A stretch of DNA of 64,000 bases from Phoronis australis. Taxonomy: Eukaryota; Animalia; Phoronida. The stretch is from NCBI GenBank assembly GCA_002633005.1, contig NMRA01000162.1, positions 596,304 through 660,303 on the forward strand, in the 5' to 3' direction. A program made the position numbers and the translations under genes. This document shows, piece by piece, positions 1-13,229 of this stretch. Under the pieces are notes generated by a model. The model was given only the letters and a program-made list of their open reading frames with translations. It did not search any database and had not been told where the DNA came from. Positions within the stretch are counted from its first letter, which is position 1. Every line of letters begins with the position of its first letter.

Positions 1-366
1 GTTTACTTTAGAAATTACTCTCAGTATGGGCCGCCTAATCTGTTAGGCACCGTGGAAGATATTACTGGCCCGGTGTCATGTAGGATTCGCTGTCAGGATG
101 GCCGAGTGTTCAGACGCCATCACGACCAGATGTTTAAAGGTGTGCCCTAGGAGCATGAGGTGTCGGCGCGCGTGGATGTTGGTGTTGAACCGCAGCAGAC
201 CCCAAGCTCAGTAGCGTCATCCGAAGTAGGCCCGGTTGCAGAGGTGACCCGGTCAGGGGCTGTGGTTGCTGAAACAAACGGCGCTGTGGAGAGTGCTAGC
301 CCTGAGGCCCCCCCTCTCCGGCGTTCCGTGCGAGTACGGAAGCCTGTTGATAAACTGAACTTGTAG
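1..366 (+). mobile_element. 3' end of a Gypsy/Ty3-type LTR retrotransposon pol (integrase C-terminal region), degenerate
   Basis: Frame 1 reads VYFRNY...GTVEDITGPVSCRIRCQDGRVFRRHHDQM, an in-frame stop at 148-150, then ...PPLRRSVRVRKPVDKLNL*, the typical GPVSY / RRH.DQ / LRRS.R.RKP ending of Gypsy pol. Followed by a PPT and LTR. Confidence 0.8.
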
Positions 367-505
367 ACACTAAGGAGTTGGAGTAGTTAACCAATTCGTT
401 GACATTTTAATCAGATACTAGTCAGACTTTTGTTGAAGAGACATTAATTACTACACTTAAAATGGACGTTACTAACGTGGCATACTTTAACGGGATGGGG
501 AGGGG

Positions 506-672
506 TGTGATGTACTGTCTTGCAGTGACATCTATTGAGTAGTTTTAGTATTGGAGTTGACAGCCTCACTTTGGCGAGTCTTCAGTGAGCAGCCATTTAG
601 CATTGTATTGTTTTAGTCTGTTCTCAGAAATAAATCAGATTTTATCCGAAACATCGGCTATACTACACCACA
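506..672 (+). repeat. 3' LTR of the Gypsy element, with polypurine tract at ~492-505
   Basis: gggatggggagggg directly precedes TGTGATGTA; the segment ends TACACCACA (near-inverted termini TG..CA); internal AATAAA near 629. Confidence 0.75.
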
Positions 673-764
673 CATTTTCAGTTATCAGAACCATGCGAAA
701 CGGCGCGATATCTCGAGGTGATGCCTTCCCAACAGTCCCCTTTGTAAACCTCTTCCAATTCTAT

Positions 765-1363
765 TTAAGGTATGTTGAACTCGCCAGTTTGTGAATTTTT
801 CTTTTTTTTTCGTCGCGCTTTTGCACGCGTCGACCACTCTCTCTCAACGTAACCTTGAACACCCACCGCATATGTCTGGGACTTGGAAGCCGTTGTTGAA
901 GAAACCTTGTTCTCACGTCTTTTAGGCAATGGTGCTTCGTTGTTTTCGGAGACTCTGGCGGATTTCAATTGTCGCTTCAGAGCAGGCTTTACTAGTTCGC
1001 TGACATTGACAGCAAGGGTACTTCCTCGTGCCAGAGAACGTGCACTTGTCTTGTCACATTCGTCCCATTTCTCGTAAATGTTACATTCCGTTTTTAAAGA
1101 CATGCGCACCAGCTGCTCAATACTGTCTTTCAGCACCAAATGTTGATCATCGCCGTCCTCGATGTATAACGTTGGACTATTGTCGCTCACTATTTTCACA
1201 TTTTTTTCTGGGATATAACACTTACTGGGTTGCCTGGAACGGGGCCTGTCTCTCATGTTAGCAATGGAGCGCCTTCTCGTCTTGAACAGAATAATCAGAA
1301 TTCCTGTCAAGATTACCAAGAAGATTGCACCTCCTAATGACGATCCTGTGACAATTGAATCAT
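765..1363 (-). CDS. Terminal exon B of Ig-TSP1 receptor: TM helix plus cytoplasmic tail (distal copy)
   Basis: Phase-1 acceptor ttttggttacag|AT GAT TCA; reads DDSIVTGSSLGGAIFLVILTGILIILF-KTRRR (TM plus stop-transfer), open to TAA at 765-767; clearly paralogous to 14620-15269 (QPS.CYI, SPT, DSIE.LV.MSLKTE.NIYE). Confidence 0.75.
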
Positions 1364-2159
1364 CTGTAACCAAAAGCACACGTCACGCGATTTCTACAAT
1401 TGCATGTGATAAAGACGTTACTTATTTAAAAAATCACCAAATGTTCTAATGGCAGGGATAACTTTTACAGTCATGAAATTGAGGGCCACTTTCTGAGAGC
1501 ACCTACAGGTTGTTCTACATGCCCATGACATTTTATGAGTGCTTGGTCTACCCCTAGATATGCACTAAGCCAACTTTGGTTTTTCAAACACAAGCTTCGT
1601 TTTGCTTTCAAGCTGATTTTGCCAAAAGGGCTTTTTTCTATACTTATTTTTGAAAAAAGCTCTCAGGTTTGCAAGACTAGTAAACTTAGGCACAGTTATG
1701 TTTTTCTGTGAATGTATCTAGCCTTAAGATTCAAAAATACGCTTGGTATTTAAGACAGAGAATTTCAATTTTATGTACTGGCTTTTCAAAGGTGAGAATT
1801 TTTGCGAATATTCAACGGCCTGATTATACCCATTTTAAATAAGGAAAGAACAAAGAATGCAGCATGTGAGTATGCGACCAGTGTGATTTGGTAGTATTGG
1901 AATAGTTTAATACGTACATTAATTTAGATAGTTAAAACTGATGTCAAAATACAAAAATGTCTGCTATACTTCCGCTGTCGTACAGTTTCATAGCGATGGT
2001 AAATAACAACAGACACTGAGAAATTCATTTTTCCATCCAAAAACTTTCAGAAATTTTCGACATCTGCTTTCCTGATGTTAAGAAAAACAACAACGGACTT
2101 AAACCGGCTTGACCATCATGTAGAAGAAAAAACACAGTGTCCACCTGGCCGCTGTACAC

Positions 2160-2570
2160 AGACGTTATTGCATGTTGCGCTTAGTTAATATCCGTCCTTA
2201 CCACGGTTCATGGGTCTCTTCTCTTTTCTGATGTGGATCGAGTCCATATCTTTCTTTTAAGATAATTGACCTCCGTGCCAATGTTAGCCACACACGAACA
2301 GCCAAAGGTCTGGAATTTCTCTAGATAGTCTGTGATTGCAGGTTCATTAACCTCACGTAGTGGCTCTGGTGAAACTTGTTAAAATAAACTGCGTTAACCT
2401 CTTTTTAACGATCCTTGAGTCGACATTTAAAATTTGCAGATATGTTGCTTGTAAATGTTTGGTCACAGGAGCGCAGGGTATATTGTTGACAATACCACTA
2501 GAGTCTGCAGTGTCCCTTTTATCCCTCGGATATATCAAGACACTCCGCATCGTCCTGTGTGGCCACATCG
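2160..2570 (-). mobile_element. Penelope-like element fragment (GIY-YIG endonuclease region), degenerate
   Basis: Minus-strand pieces PRDKRDTADSSGIVNNIPC, FTRAT, AITD, SIHIRKEKRPMNR..DGY.LSA parallel the plus-strand copy beside it. Confidence 0.65.
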
Positions 2571-2574
2571 CCCG

Positions 2575-3082
2575 TTTGATTCCATGCTACATGTACACTT
2601 CACTCCTCGTTTCTGAGACTCTGATCAGAGTGTACAAGAAGTTTGCGATCAAAACAGCGATGAAGCCTCACGCGACCTTGAGGATTGTGTCGGTACATCC
2701 GAAGGGTAAACGTGAAATTGAACACTCTAATGGTCATGCCTACAAAATACCTTGCGCCTACCGTCATCAGACATTACATGCATATGCGACACCTCTAAGA
2801 ATTTTTAATATTACGTCAAGAGACACCAGAAAGAGGGTCAGGCGGTGACTAAATACTTTATTCACAAGAGCTACTAGAATTATGCTTAAGAAATCAGCAA
2901 CCACAGATCATGCAGCTAGAGACAACCATGTTATTGATTGGCCGGGTGTAGCTATCATCGAGAGGGAGGCCAGAGATACTAAAAGAAAAACACGAGAGTC
3001 GACATCCACCAGAAAATGGAGATCATCCATCAACCGTAATGAGGGCGAATATAAATTCAGTGCAACGCACGACATCCTGTGA
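2575..3082 (+). mobile_element. Penelope-like element fragment (GIY-YIG endonuclease region), degenerate
   Basis: KTAMKPHATLR..VHPKGK..YKIPC and KSATTDHAARDNHVIDW..IIERE..RKTRES..INRNEG.Y match the PLE GIY-YIG C-terminal pattern. Confidence 0.75.
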
Positions 3083-5039
3083 ACAGTGCCACCTAGTATG
3101 CATCAAATAAGACGTCATGCATATGTCGAAAATCTCTGCAGGAATTTCACGGTTCTTTGGATGGAAACATGAATTTCTCTGTATCTGTTGGCACAAATCC
3201 ATTTATTTTAGGATTAACATCCAGGTGTTCGGACATTATGCCTGCATTGGTCTTTCTCAATTATCATAACTGGCATTTTATGAAACTGGACGTCGTGTTG
3301 CCTGCCAAATAATTATCGTTTGAGTATCTTTTTCGTTATCTGAAACTTTGTCTCTGGATTGATCGACCCTTATGGTAACAACGATTAACAGTGTCTAATT
3401 CCCTTTTTTCACAGCAGAATAAACGTATGTGGCAATGAAACGTGTGAAACAAAACAAAATGAATAAACACACATGAAGAAGGAATTGTGCAACTTTAAAC
3501 CTCGGAAATCAACCATCAGAAATGGTGCTCACTTTACAAACTTTGCCAGTTGAACGGACAAAGTAATCCAGATGTTTCAGAACTTCATTAATAGATCGGA
3601 TCTTAACAGTCCTCACTACACAGTTTGTGCATCTCCATCCCGCAGCAAAAGTTTGAGATGACAGCCATTCAAGAAAAGAAGCCACTGATCTGGGTCTCTA
3701 TTTGTCGTCTCATTTAAAACGTATATTTGCATTCTTCTAAAAACCTTTGGGCAACCACACCTCTCGACCCACGACCACTCTGACCCACGGCCCACAATCC
3801 TCCTCGACCCAGTCGAAACAGGCTCGGCTTAATCGGAACATGTAGTACGCGTGTGACCTGCAGGACGGACGATTCTGTCCGTGAGCTCAGCTGACTTTTC
3901 CCAGTTTTTGTAAGTAAGAGAATCGATTTGGCAAGTTTGAAATCCAAAAACATAAAGCGCAACGCCACCAAATCAATTCAAAGAGCTGTGTTCAGTAGAA
4001 CAGGGTCATTGTTAGCCTGTCGCGGACTTGTTGAGAGTCACTGCATGCGAACGTCAGGCAATTTGCAAGATTATTGGAACACGACATGTAACGAATTTTA
4101 AATTTGATATAGTAAATATATCATTTGGGATGAATTAGCTACAAAAATATAAAAATTAAGTTTTGTCATTCGCCAGTTTGTAATTATATAACGAATTACT
4201 AAATCGGGTGAAAAAATGGTCTAACCCCTTGTGCGCAACTGTTGAAAATGCCCTATGTTTCCATGGGAATTAAACCACTTTGCGGGCGTTTAAAAATGAA
4301 AATTTGATTGAGTTATACACAACTATCCACTTTGTAATTGAGAATGCCAAAAATAATTCAGAATGACGTATTTTGATACTTTTAAGGAACTTTTGAATAC
4401 ATTTACCAATTGAGACCTATATGGAGGCCTATGTAATTCAAGCACGCAAAAACGCACACCACCCACACATGGGTTCTGTGATAGCTAATGCTCTCGTCTT
4501 TGACCAGATATTGTTATTTCCGTGGACAGCACCTTTTTTAATTCTCGAATTTGCACTTTAGCGAAGGCGCTTTCAACACTTTCACCTGTTTCATACTGCC
4601 ACCAATAGAGGGCGGCAAAGCAGAAAATATGAAAAACATGATCCAAATTGGAAGTATATCGTAATAAAAAATCATCTTAAATTTTATTCAAGATAACTAG
4701 AATTGCTTCGAGCGTTTCTTTAGCGAAATATTGCGTTGTTTACATTAAGCTAAGAAACGGAATGAGGTTCACAAAAATAGGTCACGCTCTGAAGGAAAAT
4801 GGCCAAGCCAGCATGAGCGAGCCGATGTGTTACTTACAACAAAGATATTGTCAAATACCTGAAAAGTGTCAGCGCACTAGATCACTTGGAAAAATGGGAG
4901 TTAATTGGCAATTTGGCACGAATGGGAGTGTGAGAGACAAAGGAACTAGCCAGCCTGTTATAACAAAAGATCTTATGTCCAAAGCACCTTATGTGGCAGT
5001 ATCTAGGTTGTAAGCCAAGGTGTACGTTTGCAGCATCAG

Positions 5040-6430
5040 GAATGCAAAGGATGTTCACCACTCAATCCCAGCTTTACGTCAACTTAGTAACTTTTCATTT
5101 GAAGGTGAGTTACGTAACAATTAATATTTTTTCTCAGAAATCTCACTGTGATTAGTCATACCATCGGAGAATTAGTTTCAGCTGTGTATGAGGTCTGAAA
5201 CAAAAGTTAATATTTGATGGAATGGAATATTCTTTCATCGTTTGATTTTTGACAAGGACTTGTGTTCTAATGCTTACAACTAAGTTACCTATTTCAACTA
5301 GAAAAGTGGTTGCTTGGAAAGCATATGGGATCGGAGATGGAGTGGTTTTGGAGAGTCGTGCTTCTGATTGCAAACCAGTGGAACTAGTGATTGAGGAATG
5401 TCATGTCGAATCCTCATTGAGACCTTTCACTAGTTTCTGCGATCGAAAGACGAAGGTATTCATGTATCCAAAAGATGGCTGTAACAACACTTTTGGCTTT
5501 CAAAACAAACTCAAGCAGCAAGTTAGCATCGGCTAGCATGATAAACAGCCAACAGCGCTTGAAGTTAATCGCGGAGAGATAGTGGGTTGCCAAAGTCACA
5601 GGGATACAAGGTGAAGTTCATGATCTAACAGCATAGTCGTTGAACTCAATTTGGCATCACAAATCCATAAGTTTGACATACAGGTATAACCTTTGTTGTG
5701 CATTTTAGTCACTGACTGTTCCAAGTTGACTTAATGGTTAACATGGAAATGCGCTGTGTGATGTTCTATATTACAACCCAACAAAAAGTGAAGCTGTTGT
5801 GGAACATGCTACTCAAGAGCCTATGCAGTCATGGCTTGGACATTCGCACAAATTTAGGCTGGATTGTTTGACGGGGATTAATGTATCAATCAGACCACTC
5901 AAACAGCACAACTCTCTCACTTATGATCACAGCATTTGGAATATCTAAGCTCATTTTGTGAATTCACAAAACATGGCTACCCATCCAAAAAGCATGGCTC
6001 CTGGTGTTGCATCCAGCTTTGTTACCTTTAAACACTCCTCACACACTCTTCCCTGAGTCTTGCACATGATTCTAAGTCACGTGGGTTTTTAAACTGATTA
6101 TTGGTTGCAAAAGCTGTGTTTGATTTGTATGAAGAGGGATTATTTTATAATTAGGTGTGTGAGTGGTGTTCACGAGTGTTTGACAATTGTTCTTCTGGTA
6201 GCCTGCCAGTGGTCTAGGTAAAATATACTATCTTATTGAGTTTTACATTTGCAGGTGTAAAAATGCAGGCAGCTACTACCCAAACAGCAGGAGAATCATA
6301 CAGCACAATGGGATGGGTTCTGAAGTCAGCATAAAGGTCTGAAATAATGACTGAAAGCGTAAAGATGTTTTTGACTGATGCGTTCAACGAAGGCATGAAA
6401 ACTGGTCAAAAAGCGATCCAATGAGGTGTT
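5040..6430 (+). pseudogene. Decayed, intron-containing transposase-like gene (possibly Sola3-type DNA transposon)
   Basis: Ordered fragments SIPALRQLSNFSFE|gt, VVAWKAYGIGDG, FMYPKDGCNNTF, MGWVLK..MFLTDAFNEGMKTGQKA recall a transposon-associated protein family; superfamily assignment is from memory and unverified. Confidence 0.35.
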
Positions 6431-7269
6431 CTCAACAAAGTCAACAATCATAGAAGTGCTGTTTGAATATCTTGAGCAGTATCCATGTAGATCGTAATCA
6501 TCATTGTTACTGTATTCTTGTTGTGCACTTTATGGTGTGTCTATTGCTATGAAGTAATGTTGCTAGTGAGTTTGATTCCTTGATATTTTCTGTGAAATTA
6601 CTTCTTACGTCAAGTGTCCCTTTAACTGTCATTTCCAGGTTATTTGTATACATTAATATACAGTACAAGCCAAACGTATCCTGACAAAATAACCCGTAAT
6701 TCCTTGCCATGACAGCTGGGACAAAAGTAGAATTCGTGGTCAAAGTTAAGGGAAACTGGAAAGTCAGTATGGTGGCTAAGACATTCTGTAATTAGTTGGG
6801 TAATAGTTATTACCAGTCATTTTTGCCTTAACAGGACTAAACATCAAGTGGGGCAGAGATTTATAGTGTCTGATTGCTTTTGCCTTGTTCTGTATGACAG
6901 TTTGCAAGCATGCGTGTGTAGGCCCATTATGCTGTCATCCTGGTCTTTTTGTCTGGCATCTGCAGCTGCATCTCCAAATCCTTGGTGAATTTGAAATTTT
7001 ACAAATGAGATGACACAAGAGCGTTTTGGGATGTATTTGACTACCACTGGGCCCCTATAGGCAACTTTACTTCTTCATGTTAGTCTCTTTAACTAGCAAG
7101 TGTCTTGACTGATTTTCATCAAATTTCGCAAATTATTTTCAGTTATGGAGACAGCCACGTTTTCCTAATTCTTGGCGTACCTAAATGTAATCTGTACAGA
7201 AACGTTGCCATTGAGATGAGCACGACTGACACTGATTGTTGATTGGACGATATCCTATGGTGCCCTTTA

Positions 7270-7440
7270 ATGGCAGTGCTGTAGGGGTAAAATTAAAGGT
7301 ACTGTAAGTAGGCGCCCAAAGCCCACCGCATCACCTTGAGCACTGAACGTAACTTATGGTGCGTAGGCACTACGTTCAAATGCCAAAAGGTGGTTTGTTG
7401 CGCCTACCTGTGCCTAAGCGCCATTACAGCACTGCCTAAT
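7270..7440. mobile_element. Small palindromic MITE
   Basis: ggcagtgctgta ... tacagcactgcc terminal inverted repeats with further internal inverted matches (taggcgc/gcgccta). Confidence 0.5.
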
Positions 7441-8574
7441 GGCAATTTAGGTTTCCTTTATGTATGCCTCTATATCTACCAAGTTTCTTGATGTATTTTC
7501 GTGCAATATGGTATACTTGTCTTCTTTTGAGGAGACGAGAACAATCTGCTATTTTCGGCTGGATTTAAAATATTCTGTGCCAATAAAGATTATTAGTTCT
7601 GGCAGCAGCCTCTCTGTCCTTGAAATTGCTTGGAGGATAGCTCTGAAATTTTGCTCACGTGTTCCTATTGAGATGATCACGACTGACATGTTTTCTGATG
7701 GATGCAATCACCGAGACGCCCGGAGTGGCAATTTGTTTGTTTATCTGCACCGCAATACTTACAAAGTTCTGCTGATGAATCTGGGTGCAATATTATGTAT
7801 GTGTTACATTATTGAGGAGAGTATGCTTGGCATAAATTCTAGGACATATCTGAGTGCTGTGGCGACTCTAGGGATTCTGTATCAACCAAGTATCTTGATG
7901 TATGGAATATGGCAAGAATGTGACAGCGATTGTCTTGTTTCAGACGAATATACATGTAATGTATGCTGCATCACCTAGAGGTTTTTTATTTTACATGTAT
8001 ATATTACATATCATTAACATCCCTGGAAGCATACCGCCAGAGCACTATCCGTTTTTCCTGTTTTTGTATGGTGTTGACAAAAATGCAGTGTGATGTAGAC
8101 TATGGTTTCATTTTTACTTCTTTTGATCAAAGATCTCGATACCCAAAACTTAACGTTCACAACTAGCTTTAACACCCACACATAATACACATATGCACTA
8201 TAATCAATTTACAGGTGGGAAACTAAAGTGTTCTATCCATAACTCGATGTCAACCATGACCAAAGGCTGCGTTGTATAAATTTCCTGTGTAATAAATACT
8301 GCACTGATGTGTTTTTCTATGTGTTGCAAGTCAGAGTTTCCGTGAGTATTAGACAATAAAACACTTAAGTTCACCGATACCTTACGTAAAATAGTTTGAC
8401 ATTTTAGTAGTCTGCCTGTATTTTAAATTCATAGCACCACTGCAATTGACCCTTTTGAAATTCTTGATCTCTCCCAGTGGTTTACCTCTGATGACCAGAT
8501 TAACCACTGACATTCCTAGACCTATGTAGTATTTTTATGTATATCTCGAATTCATATTGTGTTAGGGATGTTCT

Positions 8575-9985
8575 ATAATCGTCACTCGGGTTCCCTTTTC
8601 TTTAAAAATGAAGTAAATTTTCTTCATTGCACAGTAGACCAGACGACAGAAAAGGAGTCGTAGTGCGCAGCGCCACTGCCGGTCGCCTGGGTTATCGCGG
8701 GAGAGTCTATACTTAGCCATAGTTCCTTTACGATTGCGCCGTGTTCCGAATTTGACACTTGAAATTGGATCTGAGCCCACCCACCATAACACTAAAACTG
8801 CGCATATTTAAATCTTGTTTCTTCCGTATAATTTTAATTACCGGGGTTAATTAATAAACTCAACATTTCCCTACGCTCCTGCTGTTTTATTTTTTCGGCA
8901 GCCAAGGGAGGGGGTGCCGGGACCCCTGGGCGCCCCCTAAATCCGCCTATGAGTACGTCCCTCATTCCTTGTGCTTCAGTCGTCAGTATGTGTTTCAGTC
9001 GGAAGAGGCGCGCCTTCAAGAGGACATTGCAAGGTGCAAACCAATCTGAACAACAATAAGGTAGTATAGATTCCTGTTTATAGTTATAATAGCTATATTC
9101 GTAACCTTTACATGTATTGTACCTGTGGCGGATCTAGGATATCACATGGGGGGGCAACATTTTGTCCGGCTGCCAGCATTTGCCCAAAGTGAACCACAAT
9201 TGTAGATGCGCATAGCACCGTATGGGGGGAGGTCGGGAGGGGGGTTTGCGCGCGTGGATTACCACTACACCACCACGAATTAACTAATCACACACTAAGA
9301 GACCTACTTTTTTGCTATCAATTCTTAACAAATTTGTCGTATTTAAATTAGTCTTCAAATGCCCAAAGTACCAAATTCGTTTTTCGTGTTGGCAATAATG
9401 ACGGGATTGCTTTGGAGATCGTCCTAAGATAAGGTTTGACAAAGAGAGTATTGCGAGTTTCTGAGTGATTCACTAAGGCTTCGATTAAAATTCACATCTT
9501 ACCAGCAGCTTCTGTTTTTTTCATCGTCACTCAGGTTCCATTTTCTTTAAAAAATGAAGTAAATTGTCTTCATTGCACAGTAGAGCAGACGACGGAAAAG
9601 GATTCGTTGTGAGCAGCGCCACTGCCGGTCGCCTGGGATATCGCGGGAGAGCCTATACTTAGCCATAGTTCCGTTATGAATGCGCCGTGTTCAGAATTTG
9701 ACACTTGAAATTGGACTTGAGCCCCCCCCCAACACTAAAACTGCACACATTTAAATCTTTTTTCATCCGTATCATTTTAATTACCGGGGTTAATTAATAA
9801 ACTCAAAATTTCCCTACGCTCTTACTGTTTTATTTTTTGCGGCAGCCAAGGGGGGGGGCCGGGCCCCNNNNNNNNNNNNNNNNNNNNNNNNNNNNNNNNN
9901 NNNNNNNNNNNNNNNNNNNNNNNNNNNNNNNNNNNNNNNNNNNNNNNGCCCCCTGGGCCGCCCTCCTAAATCCGCCTATGTGTAC
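8575..9985. repeat. Two direct copies of a ~400-bp interspersed repeat (~8575-8960 and ~9525-9985, the second containing an 80-N gap); partial inverted third copy at ~58900-59135
   Basis: Shared blocks aaaatgaagtaaatt..cattgcacagtaga, cttagccatagttcc, ttaattaccggggttaattaataaactc, taaatccgcctatg. Confidence 0.8.
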
Positions 9986-10560
9986 GTCGCTATACAAAGT
10001 TATTTACGTAGTTAGTGCCGTGGTGTTATAACGCCATTGTTGTAACGACAGATAGAAACGGCGCCATTTTCGTTCGTTACACATCTGTGACGTGGTGTAG
10101 GGAACACAAAGGAATCCATGTGTGTCCAAATGAGTAAAGCATCATAGATGAGAAATACTTTTAAAGATACAAGGGCGGCCAGGTAGACTTTTCAGATGAT
10201 CCCGACCTTTCGGACATGGAAGTGGGGGTGCGGATCCCATAGGCACAATTTGTGTTCACAAATTTTCAGTAGTGGAGCCGTTCTCCCTCGATCTCTTTTA
10301 CGGCACTTGCTCAGGTTGTCGAAGGCTCAATCCCAGCCGGTTCGGCCAGTGAACCCCCACGGCCATAAGATGCGCATGAGTCGCGAATGGGTGTTAGTGA
10401 CTGGTAAGAATATTATTGATAGGTATCTTACAACCGCTAAATATTACTTGGTCTTTTTTAAATCAAAACTCAGAACTTGCTTTACCTGTCAGTCCCACAG
10501 GCGTCCTCATCTTCTGATCGTCCCCAATACCCTATATACAATACTACAAGGTATGACACC

Positions 10561-10784
10561 CGGGACAAGGAATTCCACGAGTGCTTCACTTCAGCTGTCC
10601 ATATCAAACACAAAACTCGATTAATTTACACAAAGCAGAGAGTCAACTAACCATTAGTGATTGTTCTTTCTTCGGGACAAGGAATTCCACGAGTGCTTCA
10701 CTTCAGCTGTCCATATCAAACACAAAACTCGATTAATTTACACAAAGCAGAGAGTCAACTAACCATTAGTGATTGTTCTTTCTT
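10561..10784. repeat. Exact tandem duplication, 2 x 112 bp
   Basis: cgggacaaggaattccacgagtgc...gattgttctttctt starts at 10561 and again at 10673. Confidence 0.9.
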
Positions 10785-12021
10785 CTAGGACCACACACGG
10801 TGCACTGCTCCAGCGAGATCGCAACAAGTTTGCGGTCAACGAACAAAACTGTTCCGAAAAATCCCAGACATCAGTCCTGCGTTGACGGTTCGAGGTCAAG
10901 GACGGTACGGAATTATCAACCTTATGACTATGACATAAAAACCTATGTTTTGAATCTGGGCCATTGTCTGAGGTCGAGACTGAATCTCCTGTCCTGTTCT
11001 TATGCAGTAGAACTCTCTAAATTGGTAATGCTTCATTTGGAATTTTAGAAAAGGTTTAAATTAATTCCGCAATAACGCCTCCAGATAAATCAGACTTTGA
11101 TGAAATATATCAGTGTCACCGGAACCACCTTAGCCAGTTCTACTGTAATTCAATGAGATATCAATTAGAACGTCACAGAAACCACTGAATCTCAATCCAA
11201 AAGCTCCAACATGCAATAGCTTTAGGTGTCTATGACTTGGCATAAAACACAAAAAGTATTCACATGTATAGGATGTGGGAAATCGTGAAATAGTGTTTGT
11301 ATCACTCACTCAAAAATTCTCGAGAAAAATGTTTTTGAATTTTGTGGACATTTTAGGACGTTTCCAGAGTGCATTGTAATTCCCGTCTATCCCCATTCCT
11401 AGGTAATTGATTATTGGCTAATAGATGCTACCATTATAATCTAACCAATCAGAGTACTGTTTTGATGGTTTTTTGCTTGTGAAGTCATTTACAGCACTCG
11501 TTTCGCATATTGGTTTTCAACATGTTGTGATGCTGTTTAGATTGAGGATTTGCTGGGTAACGCGCAAAACTCCAGCAAGTACATGTAATTCAGTTAAGGT
11601 TTTACGTTTAGTCTATTAATGTAAGCCTGCTGGATATTGTACATGTGTGTATAGTGTTTAATTGTTGAACTGTAACGGCTGCTATGTTGTGGTTTCGTGA
11701 TACGCGGGTTCAAGTCCCGTGTGCCAGCCGTATTAACTATTAGGTAACATTTTGAGAACATTGTTTGGTTCCGTTGACAAACTTTAATTATTGTTTGTAG
11801 ATAACCGTCAATTCAAGAATAAATCGATTAAACGAAGCTGACACGTTACACTATCGCCCACACTAATACTGAGGTACCTTTTTACCCCCACTTAAGAAAG
11901 TCTACTTATACCGATGCACCGTATGGGACAGCAACAGTTTCGAGTGCCAATCAGATATACCTAAAAAGCTATGCCACAAAATTTATAGTCCTTGTATTGA
12001 AGAAACATTGAAATATTTCCA

Positions 12022-12160
12022 GGGGCGGATCCAGGATTTTGAGTTAGGGGGCATGGCACAGTATTAGTCAGGATTTTGCCCGTCAGACATTAGCACCAAC
12101 AAATTGTCCACGGTAATCTGAGATAATTTTAGGGGACATGGCCTCCTCTGAATCCGCCAC
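12022..12160. mobile_element. GGCGGAT..ATCCGCC MITE (Harbinger-like); related copies near 9128, 25292-25577, 28505-28645 and 58903
   Basis: ccaggggcggatccaggatttt ... gaatccgccactgg short TIRs, flanked by CAG/CTG. Confidence 0.55.
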
Positions 12161-12429
12161 TGGTTCCAATATAAGAACATAGTATATCACCAGGTTTATC
12201 TCTACAAAACGGACAGAAAAATGCCACGCACAAACTCTTTTCACAATTTCTAGTACTGGTACTATAAATACTCTGACTTTGCTATCTGTACCCCTACCAG
12301 AATTTTATGTAGAACATTGGTAGTGACTGTCAGATATGTGACGGAAAGAAATTCCAGTGCTGCAAATTGACAAAGCAGTCAGTGTGAATTTATCTGGATA
12401 ACGGATCCTCATCTGTGCCACGGCATCCT

Positions 12430-13229
12430 CCTTGGACACATCTGAAGCATCGGTATTCGGCATGGGAGGGGCATCAATTTTTAAGCGAATTTTAAGATCA
12501 CCAGCTTCTCTGTTGTTCCGCAATAAGTGCAAGGTGTTCTACCCTACTTCATTTACACATTCTGAAAAGCACAACAGCTGCAATTTAAAAGTAAAAAACA
12601 TAAATCATGAGTAATCCATGATTAAAATAAACACGACGATATCTAATTGCAAGTTTCGCCTAATTTTATAACCTTCTAACAAATGCCAAAACTAGATTTC
12701 AATCCCGTTTTTTGAAGCAGATTACATGTATTTTAACAATCACAATCTTGGAATTGAGTTACCATCCTGTTTTACTCTATTCATAGTCTGCAATGTTTTC
12801 AAAATACACGAACCTTTGGAAATCAGCTTTCCTTGTTGTGGCTTTTAGTTTTATCCATGTATGACTAAATGCTCCATGGAAAAACACTTGCGAAATATGT
12901 TGATAGTGAAAAAGATCGTTATTATTTAGGCACTGCAAAAGCGTCATGAATTTTTCGACATCGATATTATCAAGGTAACTTACTCTTTTACAACACCAGC
13001 TTCAACCTTCATGACGAGTTTGTCGTCGAAGCAACCGTCCTCAAAATGGTCGGAGCATATTTGGGCACCGGCACATGGCTGACTCGACAGTCATTTTCAA
13101 AAGACGAGCAGTGCACACGAAAACGTGCCATTACGCGGCCAGATGCTTGTCTTTTGGGAATTTAATAGGGCTCACGCCTTCCACCTGGCTGGTGTCAGAA
13201 CAGTTAGCGCACACACGACGATGCACCAT
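12430..13229 (-). pseudogene. Decayed THAP zinc-finger coding sequence (transposon-derived), apparently two exons
   Basis: ATG at 13229: MVHRRVCANCSD..IKFPKDKHLAA*W..ICSDHFEDGCF; downstream RLKIDAPP resembles the THAP RLK.DAVP box; contains a stop and frameshift. Confidence 0.6.

Noticed and set aside
7460-7978. 172-aa plus-strand ORF
   Set aside because: No recognisable motif or splice context; sits in repeat-rich DNA.
11676-11730. tRNA-like B box GGTTCAAGTCCC
   Set aside because: No cloverleaf or clear A box; at most a SINE remnant.
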